A stretch of DNA of 64,000 bases from assembly GCA_009859145.1 (NCBI GenBank), contig VRVR01000023.1:255494-319493 (forward strand), in the 5' to 3' direction. This DNA comes from Andalucia godoyi And28 (taxonomy: Eukaryota > Protista > Jakobida). Shown here one piece after another: positions 1-10,326 of this stretch; position 1 is the stretch's first letter; every line of letters begins with the position of its first letter. The notes under the pieces were generated by a model. It was not told the origin of the DNA and ran no database searches. It was given only the letters and a program-made list of their open reading frames with translations. The position numbers were made by a program, and so were the translations under genes.

Positions 1-3000
1 CAAGAAGCTTCATGATCTCACGAGCATCGCTTTTGTCCAAATGGATCCGGAGAGACACGCAGAGAGAGTACACTCCTGTTCTCAATACGTGAGCAAAAGA
101 TGGCGCACGAACGAGGTGCATCACGAGTGCCAGTGAATCATTCAGTATCCTTTCTGCACTCTCCTTGTCATCCACAATTAGCGGATCTGCGTTTCTCGTT
201 CTCGCCGAAGGGATGATCCGATCACCACGCTCGGTAATCGACACAATGTCTCGACGAGTCAGTTGTGATTTGAACTTCGTCGATGCAGAATCCGCGAGGC
301 GACGCTTTCCGGCCATGACGGCCTCCATCATAGGCAGAATCTCCTTTTGCATGCGACTCGCAAGAAAACCACCGTGATGCTGTACAAGGAACGAAAGAAG
401 GTGAATCGCAGCCTTCTGAACGGGGAGGGGGGCATCCGCCGACACGCAGCGACAAATGTGGGGCCACAGTTTGTGGAGTCGAGGATTGCACTCTAAAGGG
501 AAAGAAGTGAGAGCAATGCAACACTTCTGAATCAGCATCATGGTCGACACTCGAAGCGTGATATGCTCCACAACCAACAGATCGGGGACCTTTTCGAGAA
601 TCCGGGAAACGAACGCCAGTTCGCGAGGCACCGGCGCATTCTCATTGAGAACCTCTGCCATCGGATTTCTTTGAACTTCTGCGGGTGTTGGCACGGGCTG
701 GCACTTCTGGTTTGCAAGGAAACATTCATGCAATACTTCCACAGCCGTGATCATCATAGAAACACGAGCCACGTTGTGTTGCGGCTCGACGACTGCGACG
801 TCTTCAAGCACCAGTTCCAAAGAGTCTTGCAAAAACGACATCATCCATTGAAATGACCGCGCTTTCAAGACTGCGCGGAGCGTTCCCTCGAGAACCATGG
901 GTGCCTCGGGATACAACGCAGGATGCTTCATCTGTCGAGCGAGCGCATCCACAATGAGAGCCATGTGTGAAGACAGTAGCGTCATGGTGGGATCCACCGC
1001 AGGCGAGGGCGCTGAGGAGCGAACGCTAACCGCGATGACGCGAAGCGTTTCAAGAGCAACGGCGCGTACTTTCATGTTTGAATCGCAGATTTTGGCAAGA
1101 ACTTTGAACAGACAGAGACGAATTGGCAATCCGAGAAACGACTGCCCACAGGCCCTTGCAAGAGCACAAGTGATGTTGAACACGGACTGCAGAAGGATCT
1201 CAAAAGAGCTCTCAGAGAGTGAAAGTTCCTTGAAGGACTGCACACTGTGGGACATCCATCGAAGGCAGAAGATGTCATCGAACAATACAGAAAGGACGCG
1301 CAATGCCGAAACGGCATCCATGCTGGATCCATCCACAACATAGCGCAAAGCAAGTACGAGGGGGACAAGATGGCTCGTCGTTCTGGAGAGTTTGATATGA
1401 TCCAAAAGATCGGACACTAAGTGATGTCCTGCGTCTTTGGAACCCAGAGATCTGCACAAGCTATTTGCAACGTCCGCAGACAATCCTCGGAGAAATGCGA
1501 AAGCGCCGTGGGCTACAGAATCCAAACAATAAAGCTGATAAAGAGACTGTCGTATGGTGTCGATTGAGAAGTGCGATATCGCGGGGCCGAGATCCACATA
1601 CGCAGCAATTGTCTTCAGTTCGGCTTGCAGAGAAGCATCGTCCACGAAAGACCGCAGGAAGTGCGGCAAGCGCTTGCAACGGTCGTGTACCGTCTGCGCA
1701 AGAAAAGAGTTGAGCAAATTTGTGTCTGAATCGGTAAGCGCGATGCTCTCAAACAGCATGACTGCATTTCCAGAAACATCTGGATCCACATCGAGTCTCC
1801 TAAAAAGCACCAATTCCAGCATGCACGGAAAGCATGCGGATAAGGAACGGCGGCACTTTGATACAAGAGAGTGAACCATCTCCAACTGAGCTCGTCGTGC
1901 TTTTGCACTGCTGAACTCCAGAATGACGGACAGAACTGCCGACAGCCCGTCCTGAACATTCCTGCGGCTCGTATCGAACCACTCTGCACTTCGCTTCGGA
2001 AACAGGACGATTCGTGCTTGCTCGGAAAGTGACTGCGAGTCCGTTTCCGAGGGGGGTGCTCGCACAGGTGCGACAGACTCGGGATCGAAAGACAGCTCAT
2101 GCTTCGCGGCCGCAAGAGATCTCAGTCGATCCAACACCGCGGCAGCCGACGACCCCCCACCCGCCGTCTCCAAAGGCAGAAGGTCCTTACAGACATCATC
2201 CCTAAACACGGAACAGAGCAAAACTTCCATAATGGAGAAGCAGAGCGCATATACTCTCCCGCCTCTGCTTACACCCTGTCGCAAAGCTTTCACAAGCTTG
2301 GAAAACAGGCCCGGTAGATACACCAATGGAAAATCCCGAGAGGACGCCCCGAAAATGCAGATGTTCAGTACAACGTTCAGCAGTGCGAGACAGACAGGCT
2401 TCGACCTGGTCTCCGCATCAAAAGTCTCCTGCAGCATCCACATGATATTCGAGATGACAGTCCGAAGCTCAAACGACGCATCAATGGCGCCGGATCGCTG
2501 GAGCCTGTCAAAGACCATTGCCAAGTGATCACACGCGCTGATGACCAGTTCTTCCGAGGACGAGAACGATGGCGCTGTTACTGCTGATGGTGGCAGTGAG
2601 GATGAGTCTTCACCTTGCTGAAACGCCTCCATTGCCGAAGGTGCCAAGTGAGGATACGCTCTCAGCAAGCCGAACTGGCCGATTTTCAGCAGCCGAAGCG
2701 CATCATCACCAGCAACAGGCTGGCTGCATGTCCGCATGACAAGCACAAGGACCCCAAAACAGCGCTCGATCATCCGACGAGAGCATCGCTTGTTGTATAT
2801 GAGAGCCAGCACAGGAAGAAAGACAAGATCGCGGAGCCCAACTCCTGTAGAATGCTCAGACTTTCGCAGCAGTGCATGCAGCTCGTCCAGCACCGGCTCA
2901 ACCGCCGTCTCCATGTCCATCCTATCCAGCATCGAGCCGCTGCCACCAGAAGACGAGTTGATGATGGACGCCAGACGGAACGCAGTCGAACGGATCAAAT

Positions 3001-3010
3001 GCTCTCCCAT
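1..3010 (-). CDS. TTI1: TELO2-interacting protein 1 (TTT complex HEAT-repeat subunit), 3'-partial; runs off the window edge
   Basis: Manual translation: the minus frame from ATG at 3010 is open to position 2 (~1003 codons) and is absent from the ORF track because no stop lies in the window. Motifs DFPLVYLPGLFSKLVKAL, PRLHKLWPHI and HHGGFLASRMQKEILP resemble Tti1 signatures (FLPGxxSxL, LVHxxWP, GDFLxSRF). Confidence 0.72.
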   Translation of the reverse strand, partial: MGEHLIRSTAFRLASIINSSSGGSGSMLDRMDMETAVEPVLDELHALLRKSEHSTGVGLRDLVFLPVLALIYNKRCSRRMIERCFGVLVLVMRTCSQPVAGDDALRLLKIGQFGLLRAYPHLAPSAMEAFQQGEDSSSLPPSAVTAPSFSSSEELVISACDHLAMVFDRLQRSGAIDASFELRTVISNIMWMLQETFDAETRSKPVCLALLNVVLNICIFGASSRDFPLVYLPGLFSKLVKALRQGVSRGGRVYALCFSIMEVLLCSVFRDDVCKDLLPLETAGGGSSAAAVLDRLRSLAAAKHELSFDPESVAPVRAPPSETDSQSLSEQARIVLFPKRSAEWFDTSRRNVQDGLSAVLSVILEFSSAKARRAQLEMVHSLVSKCRRSLSACFPCMLELVLFRRLDVDPDVSGNAVMLFESIALTDSDTNLLNSFLAQTVHDRCKRLPHFLRSFVDDASLQAELKTIAAYVDLGPAISHFSIDTIRQSLYQLYCLDSVAHGAFAFLRGLSADVANSLCRSLGSKDAGHHLVSDLLDHIKLSRTTSHLVPLVLALRYVVDGSSMDAVSALRVLSVLFDDIFCLRWMSHSVQSFKELSLSESSFEILLQSVFNITCALARACGQSFLGLPIRLCLFKVLAKICDSNMKVRAVALETLRVIAVSVRSSAPSPAVDPTMTLLSSHMALIVDALARQMKHPALYPEAPMVLEGTLRAVLKARSFQWMMSFLQDSLELVLEDVAVVEPQHNVARVSMMITAVEVLHECFLANQKCQPVPTPAEVQRNPMAEVLNENAPVPRELAFVSRILEKVPDLLVVEHITLRVSTMMLIQKCCIALTSFPLECNPRLHKLWPHICRCVSADAPLPVQKAAIHLLSFLVQHHGGFLASRMQKEILPMMEAVMAGKRRLADSASTKFKSQLTRRDIVSITERGDRIIPSARTRNADPLIVDDKESAERILNDSLALVMHLVRAPSFAHVLRTGVYSLCVSLRIHLDKSDAREIMKLL

Positions 3011-3516
3011 TGCTCACATTGACCAGATTTCCCGATTCCACACTCACACACTTACGCTCTCTTTCGGTACTCTCACTGCTCAGAAGAAGAAGAAGAAGGA
3101 ACAAATAGAAAAGGAAGGAAAAGAAAAACGGGAAAAACCAAAAGCAGAAGAAGAAAGAACTGTAGTCACTGTCTTGGAGAACACGCGAGACATCCGTGTT
3201 AGACTCAAGTGACGACAAAAGCCTCACGTGTTCGAGTGCGAGTTTGCAAAAACGAACTCAGACGAGCTCGAGTGAGCCATTTCCAGAGTATTTTTTCTTT
3301 CTTTACAACGGCGAGGAAAGACGACTGCATTGGCTGTGCGAGTTTTTCCTTTTTGAGTGGATGACAGATTATGCGTGTATGCTGTAGAACATAGAGAACA
3401 AGCGAATTGAGCCCCCCCTACGGATGTACCAGATTGGAAAGGCCGAAAAAGTCGTTTAGTTAACACGTGTGCGATTTCGTTTCTTTTTGGCAGCGGATTG
3501 GCAAACAAAGAAGGGG

Positions 3517-5505
3517 ATGTCTACAGCAGGCGATTTTCAAGAAGACGACGGGCCGAGGCCACCGAGTCTGAAAGGAGCCAGAGAGGACATCCTGGTCTTG
3601 CTGCGGGACAAGACACCGGAGCAAGTGGAGGTGTTGGTAGAGGCTGTTTTGCCGTGCAAGTATGCACTCGAAAAACAAAAGTATCTGCTGTCGAAAACCG
3701 AAGTCGAGTTTGCGAGCACGGTGCCGTGGGAAGTGCGGTCGTGGCACGTGACGCGGTTCGTATCCGAGAAGTTTCTCGAGGCGTCTTCGGCAGGCGAGGT
3801 GATGCACGCCACAGAGGAGCGTGATCTTCTAAAGCGGTTTTTTGCGCCGGAAGAAGATGCGTGGTTCCTTCTGCCGTCTCTTCTGAAGCAGACCAGTGTC
3901 AATTTGGACTCTGAATCCGCGGTCAATCAGCACTTGTGGGAGTCGTGGACGTCGTTCCGATCGTTTCTTCTAAAGGAGAGACAAGATCGTCCTTCAGATC
4001 CCGTCATTTTGCATAATGTGGGAGTTGTGTGCGCCATGCTCGGGGATCTCTACACGGCATTTGAGGTCCTCAATGTCTTGATGTCTGCAGATCCCACAAA
4101 CTCGCGGTTTCTTGCTTCTGCAACGTATCTGTTTATGATTGCGGATGAAATGCCGCTGTGTGTTTCAGTGCTTCTCTCGCTGCTGAAAGTTATGCATCGT
4201 AGAATGCATGCGTGCCAGGGTGTTCAGCTGAATTCCACTCTGGACATTTACCCAGTCAAGTTCTTTGACGAAGTCTTCATTTTGGCAGCACGCATCTTGG
4301 CTGCGCTCGCGTCTCCCGACAGCGCCGCTCAGCATGCGACGTCAACTGCGCAGTCCATTCCAGAAATGCCGTCAATCATACGGTCCTTGCAGCTCGAGAA
4401 ACCGCTTCGTCGCATCACGCATTTGCTAAACACGGTGTATGGACGGATTCGTCAAACGCCGATTGGGAGGTCCTTGTTCCAGTCCATTGGTTCACTGGAT
4501 GTGGCCGCGAGAGATATGCCGTATGTTCTCTTGCGCCATGCTGTCAAGGCCCCCACCAAGGAGGCATATTTGCAATTTCTGCGCCACTCTGCCCCCGTCC
4601 CTGCCCCCGACACCGATCTGTCTTTCTTGTCGTCATGGACCGTCAAAGACTACCTTCGCAGAGCGGGATCTCATTTGTTTAATATCCGTCAGGAGAAGCT
4701 GGTGTCGGACAGTTGGTCCGCCTCCTCTCCACTATTTCGAGGATCGCCTGCGGGACTGTCTGCGAGATCGCAGTCGCAGCCGCAGCCATCAGGTTCACTG
4801 ATGTCGTGGAGCATTCTGGCATCCATCACCAACACCTCTGTGCCACCGTCAGTGACGTCTCTCTTCTCGTTCCTGGGGTTCGCGCTGCTGGTGCGTGCGA
4901 TAGCCGAGCGATTTCAGCCAAAAGCCGCCAATTCAGTGGATAGTGGAGCGTATGTGATTGCACGGCCTCTCCGGGCCCCATCCTCACGTCGAATGTCGCA
5001 TCGGTCAATACGCGACCGAGTAAAACTTGCGACCAATGGTCCAACGATTATCGATGACAGTTGTTCGAGCTCGAGCGATGACGAGGCTCTCGCGTCAGCT
5101 GCTGTTGCCAGCTCCCTGCCTCCCGCGAGAAGGATCCAGAAAGTGTCCTATGACAAACTCAAGAGTAGGATTGCAGCATTTGCTCCGTACCAGCTCGACA
5201 GTGAGACGCAGGACAAGCTGGTCGAGATCCAAGATTGGCAAACTCGCCGCGACATTACTAGCAGCGGAGCAAGGGACGCTAGTAGAGCCCGTTCTCGTGG
5301 TACTGTTGGATCGGAGCGAGTAGAAAACTCGTTCAACTCTAGGCTGTCCGATTCCCGTATGGCGTCGTCGTCCTTTTTCAAGCAGTTTGGAGCTCTCTCG
5401 AACCTGTCTTCCAACACGAATGTAATGGCGTCCAGCACTCGTGTGGGAAACATGTCTTCCGGCTCTGCCCGTGCGCGGCTTGCCAACATCCGTGCAGGCA
5501 TCTAA
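3517..5505 (+). CDS. Uncharacterised protein (~662 aa) with a TPR-like helical segment and Ser-rich C-terminus
   Basis: Long ORF; first ATG at 3517. VILHNVGVVCAMLGDLYTAFEVLNVLMSADPTN looks like one TPR. No family recognised. Confidence 0.7.
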   Translation: MSTAGDFQEDDGPRPPSLKGAREDILVLLRDKTPEQVEVLVEAVLPCKYALEKQKYLLSKTEVEFASTVPWEVRSWHVTRFVSEKFLEASSAGEVMHATEERDLLKRFFAPEEDAWFLLPSLLKQTSVNLDSESAVNQHLWESWTSFRSFLLKERQDRPSDPVILHNVGVVCAMLGDLYTAFEVLNVLMSADPTNSRFLASATYLFMIADEMPLCVSVLLSLLKVMHRRMHACQGVQLNSTLDIYPVKFFDEVFILAARILAALASPDSAAQHATSTAQSIPEMPSIIRSLQLEKPLRRITHLLNTVYGRIRQTPIGRSLFQSIGSLDVAARDMPYVLLRHAVKAPTKEAYLQFLRHSAPVPAPDTDLSFLSSWTVKDYLRRAGSHLFNIRQEKLVSDSWSASSPLFRGSPAGLSARSQSQPQPSGSLMSWSILASITNTSVPPSVTSLFSFLGFALLVRAIAERFQPKAANSVDSGAYVIARPLRAPSSRRMSHRSIRDRVKLATNGPTIIDDSCSSSSDDEALASAAVASSLPPARRIQKVSYDKLKSRIAAFAPYQLDSETQDKLVEIQDWQTRRDITSSGARDASRARSRGTVGSERVENSFNSRLSDSRMASSSFFKQFGALSNLSSNTNVMASSTRVGNMSSGSARARLANIRAGI

Positions 5506-5782
5506 AATGCACGCTGTTTTTGTATGCTTGATCCCCCCGTATCTTCCAGCGGTAGTGGACGTGGATGGATAAACACCAATCACGCCCTGTACCCTGTATC
5601 TACACCTCCCGTATTTTCTCCAACGCTGTTGTACACGTTTCGACTTTTTTCGCACGAGCGTCCTTTGCTGGGTGGTTTTCCTTTTCACTTTGCCTTTTTG
5701 CCTTGTTGTTGTTGCTGTTGTTGCTGTTGCTCAATTTCGTATATTTCACGTTTAGGTGCTTGATCGGGATCTCCAAAACTCA

Positions 5783-7078
5783 ATGTTTTCCGTTCGCCTG
5801 GCGTCGATTCTGCGCCCTGTAAAGAATACATGGCGATGTACATACTGCTGTTCTTTCGCGTCATCCAACAAGAATTCCCCCGGCGATGTGGATTCGAATT
5901 CGACGATACGATTGCCGCGCTCTCAGGACTTTGCGACCAGCAACAAACCGTCGCCGACAGCAGATAGCATGACCGCGGGATCTATTCCAAGAATAGACGA
6001 GTTTTCGGAAAAAGAGGTTTCGGAGATTCTAAAGGCTGTTGAAGACGGATCGGAAGAACATCTGGATCTACTGTTTCCGGGCGTCATTGACGATGTTTCG
6101 CATCTGACGACGTTGGATGAGCCATTCCTGTCCAAAGAAGACTCTTTCCCGATCAAGTACTTTACTGACCACGAGTCGCTGCAGAATCTGGATTCCTGTT
6201 TCGCAGAAACGTACAAGACAACGCCAAAGAGATATACGTTTTCTGTCATGCATTCGGATCCTGCAGAGGCCGGGCCGTTCCCCCCGCCGTGGAAATCGTT
6301 CGAGATCCCAGATCGAAACTCTCTCGGATTGAAATACAAGACCGTCACTCGAGAGGAGTTGGTGCAGTGGCTTGAGAAACTGCATCCTCTGTGGTCCCTG
6401 GAAAGAGTAGAGGTGTTCAAACAAGCGGCTGCGGGTGTGGTTCCGGGTGTGGTTGCTGAGGAATCGTCGGAAAAACGAGTGTCTGTCATACTTGTACGCC
6501 CGTTTCTGTTTATTACACAGGCAGCTGCAATGAGGTTTCGACAGGAATTGGCGGATTTCGCGCGGCAATCTCATATCCGCCCTGCAGAAGTGGTCATGTA
6601 TCGGCATGGGGCAGTGGTTACGGTGCGCCCACCAGACGACGCATCCATGTTTCTCGATGCAAACCTGGAACTCGCTTTCCAAGCGGATGCATTGTATCTG
6701 AAATGCTACGCACCAGCGTCCTTCACTCCTGAAATGGAAAGCTTTATTGGCCAGAAGATGCAGCCGCATCTTGATAGCATTACAGATGAGCAACTTGCAA
6801 ATTTAGATATCGAAAAGTACGAGCGGGAGTTGCGAGACGACGAGAAGAAGGAGATGGAAAAAATTAGAAAAGAAGCGGATGCCTACTACGAAAAGTTGGT
6901 TCGCACTGCAAAAAAGGCAGCAGTGGGTGCTGGGGGAGCTGCCGGTATGATAGGAGGGTTAGAAGGAGACGCAGAAGAGCCGTCTGATGTCTCGCAACTG
7001 AATGATATGGATCTCGGGTTCGGACCGGGAGTCTTTGGAGCCAATGCAGTATTCTCGGAAAACCCAGAAGATCAATAG
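5783..7078 (+). CDS. Uncharacterised protein (~431 aa), probably mitochondrion-targeted
   Basis: Long ORF; ATG at 5783 begins MFSVRLASILRPVKNTWR, an Arg/Ser-rich acid-free presequence-like peptide. Charged coiled coil near the C-terminus. Confidence 0.7.
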   Translation: MFSVRLASILRPVKNTWRCTYCCSFASSNKNSPGDVDSNSTIRLPRSQDFATSNKPSPTADSMTAGSIPRIDEFSEKEVSEILKAVEDGSEEHLDLLFPGVIDDVSHLTTLDEPFLSKEDSFPIKYFTDHESLQNLDSCFAETYKTTPKRYTFSVMHSDPAEAGPFPPPWKSFEIPDRNSLGLKYKTVTREELVQWLEKLHPLWSLERVEVFKQAAAGVVPGVVAEESSEKRVSVILVRPFLFITQAAAMRFRQELADFARQSHIRPAEVVMYRHGAVVTVRPPDDASMFLDANLELAFQADALYLKCYAPASFTPEMESFIGQKMQPHLDSITDEQLANLDIEKYERELRDDEKKEMEKIRKEADAYYEKLVRTAKKAAVGAGGAAGMIGGLEGDAEEPSDVSQLNDMDLGFGPGVFGANAVFSENPEDQ

Positions 7079-7125
7079 AGGCAAAGAGGACGCGGCGGCG
7101 ACGGCGGGGGGCGACTGTCTTCATT

Positions 7126-7152
7126 CTACGAGTTGTCGTCGGACGCGAACAA

Positions 7153-7186
<34 letters not shown>

Positions 7187-7998
7187 TCTGGCTGCTTTTT
7201 TGCATCGGCACGTTTATCGACGCTGCCCGTGAACGACTGGGACACAGGTTTTTGCGAAAAGAACACAGTGATTTCACTCTGCGCAGACTTTTCGGTAGAC
7301 GCACCACCCTTCCGTTGCTGCTCTCGCTTCCTTGCCTGTACTTTTTGTTCATTAAACGGCATTCGCAGGACATCGTAGATTCGCTTGGCCTTTTTCTCGC
7401 CGATTCCAGGACACATTGTCAATTCATCAAGTCCAGCATCGACGACGCCTCTCAAGTTGCCGAAACTGGACAGCAGAGTTTGTACATCTGTCTTGTTCAC
7501 ACTGCGAATGGTGCGCATTGTGTCGGTAACCTTGGCGACATAGTCGGATTCATCAATTTTTTCCATCAGCACATCCGGAGATTTGCTTTCAAAAAGCTTG
7601 AACGCTTCCAGATACCGTGCAACCTCCACGCTGGACCACGCCAGAATCAGCGTCATGTTGTTGTTAATGCACAGTTTCGCGACTTCTGCCAGCAACGCGT
7701 CCGCATCTTCTAAATCCACTTGCATCAGCAACACCCGCAAACGATACGTCTTCATCAGAGCCTGAATTCTCTCGAATATGTACTTTGGATGCAAATTGTG
7801 AAACCGGGCTGAGAGATACAGAACAGCCGTAGAAGCGTTCGGAAGATAATCAGGAACAATGTTTGCAAACTCGTACGGCACTTGGCGGATGTACTTCAGC
7901 ACCGGGTTCTGACGCTGGCGCTCCGAACAAATAATTGCATTAGGGTTCGCAGTAGGAGGCGCAACAAACGAAGGAGGCTCCTTCGCAAGCACAGACAT
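7126..7998 (-). CDS. ERCC1: DNA excision repair protein ERCC1/Rad10
   Basis: QRQNPVLKYIRQVPYEF..IVPDY..LYLSARFHNLHPKYI central domain; C-terminal HhH2 (IRSVNKTDVQTLLSSFG..CPGIGEKKAKRI); poly-Asp tail from a GAC repeat. Confidence 0.96.
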
Positions 7999-8350
7999 TG
8001 ACCCTACGTCTCTTCACTCACTCTCGCTCCCAACAACAACAACACACAAACGAAACGAAGCGAAGGAAAGCCTTTTTTTTTTCTCTTCTGGGAGTTGTGT
8101 GACAGCGGGGGCTTTTTTATGCCAACAAAGGAAAAAGCACCCGCTTGCGCCATTACGTCGACATCCGGCAATCAGTAGCATCGCTTGAGTCTGCGTCTTT
8201 TGCGGCGAAACTGGCGGGGGATTTTTTTCACCGATCCTCCCGACAGCGTTTATTCAAAGTTTTTGTTCACGCTTGCAAGTTTGGAAACGCAGTCTGCGGG
8301 ATCTTGACTTGGGCTATTGGGGCTATTGTGGCCGTATTTGTGCTGGAGAG

Positions 8351-9829
8351 ATGGATCACGAGTCATCATCAACTGAGTGCTGCTTCCATTCCGAGCAGCT
8401 CGTCGACCGAGTGGAGTATGTGGCAAAGTGCGTTGCCGAGTACGAGAAATCATGTCGTGTCTGCATCATTTGCAGTCATGAAAAGGCAGTTCGGCGAAAC
8501 TGGGCCGCATTGTTGGCGTCGCAATGGACTCCACAGAAACTTTCGGTATCGCTGTTGCATTCCGAGCGCAAACTTGCCGGTGCATCTCTTGAAGATGAAG
8601 ATGATGATGAAGATTGCGACGGTGGCCATAGGAGGCGGGCATGGGCATTTGTGATTCCGAGTAATGTTTTGGGTTCTAGCGTGTTTAGGGGCGCGTTGAC
8701 AAAGCACGGTGGTCGAGTATCGGGAATTTTCCGGCGCAGCACGTTTATATTTCTGGATGATTTTCCTTCTGGCTCGCTGGCCACGTTGAAACAACTGCTC
8801 GAATGCTCGCTGTATGGAGACACGCGGGTCCACGTCATGTCGTCTTTGCAGTCTGTGGAGGAGGTGGCGCGGTTCCGATCTCGAATTCTGGACTGCCCGG
8901 ATAGTCAGTCTCGATCGCTCGGGATCGTGGATCATTGTGCTGGGCAGCTCGAGCGGCAAATCGCAAATTTTCGAAAGTTGAATCGGCTGTTTAGATCATC
9001 ACAGTCTGCTGCCATGGTCGAAGTGCTGAAGGACCACCCGGCAATTTGGAAAGACTATCATGCAGAGTTTGAACGACGACGAAAAACATGGGACATCGAT
9101 CCCGCGCAAGCTATTGGGTATTACTTGGCAAAGAACTCTTCCAGGTTTCAGCTGCGAGACGACAGCGACAGCAGCAACTATTCGATTTTCGATTTCGGCG
9201 CGGGTGAGAGTCTTTTGCTGGAGAGAAGCTTCTTAGAGCATGCAGATTCGGACGTGCCAGTATCGCGGATCGTTGCAGTGGATTACTCCTGTTCGGACGC
9301 TGCACAGAGAATCAACAGCGAGTTTGCCGGGAGACGTCTGTGCGTGGCGCAGGTTGAGCCGTTTGCATTGGATGTTGCAGATACTCGGCAAATAGTGCAG
9401 CTCTGTGGTTCTGCTACATTTGCAGTATTCTGTCTTGCACTCTCGGGAATGAACACGGGTCACTACCTCAGGAGCGCTCTGTACGTTCTGCGCGCATCAG
9501 AATCCAGAGTAGTGCGGCTGGTGATATGCGAGGCTGCGTTCCGTTTCAGAAGGGATCATCCCACCACAATCGCATCGTTAGAGGCGTTTCTGCAGGCTGT
9601 GACTCTTGGCTCGGCCGACATTTCCGCCAAGGACTGCACACCCGAAATCGTATCCGCGTTTTGCAAGCACTCTGCCGCTGTTGTAGGTCCCAACCCCCAT
9701 CCTTCCTTTATGTACATTCTGATTTCCCTTTGCACTACAGAAGAACTGCAGCTCGCCCCCATCGACGACCAGATGTGGGATGTGTCAGACGCACACTTTT
9801 TTGCAACGAAAACCCCCCACCCAGCCTGA
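8351..9829 (+). CDS. SAM-dependent methyltransferase of the RRP8/nucleomethylin type with an unrelated N-terminal region
   Basis: WKDYHAEF..TWDIDP, motif I IFDFGAGE, AVFCLALSGMN and YLRSALYVLR..VICEAAFRF parallel the RRP8 motifs YHxGF..WPxxP, VADFGCG, AVFCLSLMGTN and EANRVL..AEVxSRF. First in-frame ATG is 8351; the frame is open back to 8189, so the start is uncertain. Confidence 0.7.
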   Translation: MDHESSSTECCFHSEQLVDRVEYVAKCVAEYEKSCRVCIICSHEKAVRRNWAALLASQWTPQKLSVSLLHSERKLAGASLEDEDDDEDCDGGHRRRAWAFVIPSNVLGSSVFRGALTKHGGRVSGIFRRSTFIFLDDFPSGSLATLKQLLECSLYGDTRVHVMSSLQSVEEVARFRSRILDCPDSQSRSLGIVDHCAGQLERQIANFRKLNRLFRSSQSAAMVEVLKDHPAIWKDYHAEFERRRKTWDIDPAQAIGYYLAKNSSRFQLRDDSDSSNYSIFDFGAGESLLLERSFLEHADSDVPVSRIVAVDYSCSDAAQRINSEFAGRRLCVAQVEPFALDVADTRQIVQLCGSATFAVFCLALSGMNTGHYLRSALYVLRASESRVVRLVICEAAFRFRRDHPTTIASLEAFLQAVTLGSADISAKDCTPEIVSAFCKHSAAVVGPNPHPSFMYILISLCTTEELQLAPIDDQMWDVSDAHFFATKTPHPA

Positions 9830-10326
9830 CAACTGCAGGCGATGACCAGGCGAATGCACTGCGTTATCTATGCACGGTATTTGGTTTTGTGTGTGCGCGT
9901 GTGCGTGTGTGTTTTTTGCGCACTGTAGATGTGCCAAACAGAAGTGTCTTTTAGCGAGACGTGATCAGGTTGTCCAAAATGCTTGAAGAGCACACCACAG
10001 AATGGTATCAAGTGACGCAAGCTTCCTATTAAACGGCGAGAACCCCGCCCAATTCCGTTCTTTTCTTTGTGCAACTCATCCTCCTTTTCGATGGTTGCAA
10101 AATTTTTCTCATGGAAGGAAACCTCATTGTTGTTGCGTGAAACTGCGCGACAACATGGATTTAATAACCGCTGGCTTATCAAAAATTCCAAGCATACTCG
10201 AAGCAACCACTTTTGTCTTGCAAATACTAAAGTAACTCAAAATTTTCAATTTCTTGCAGCTGTTGTTGTTGCTATTGTTGTTGCGGTCGTCGTTGTCGTT
10301 TTCTTCTCGGTTTCTTTCGATGTGCA

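Noticed and set aside
1-3010. Alternative genetic code suggested by the lack of long ORFs in the first 3 kb of the track
   Set aside because: A single minus-strand frame is open throughout and simply has no stop in the window; all other genes end at TAA, TAG or TGA normally.
9868-10206. 112-codon minus-strand ORF between the methyltransferase and the 10327 gene
   Set aside because: No in-frame ATG, ends in a CA microsatellite and has no motif.
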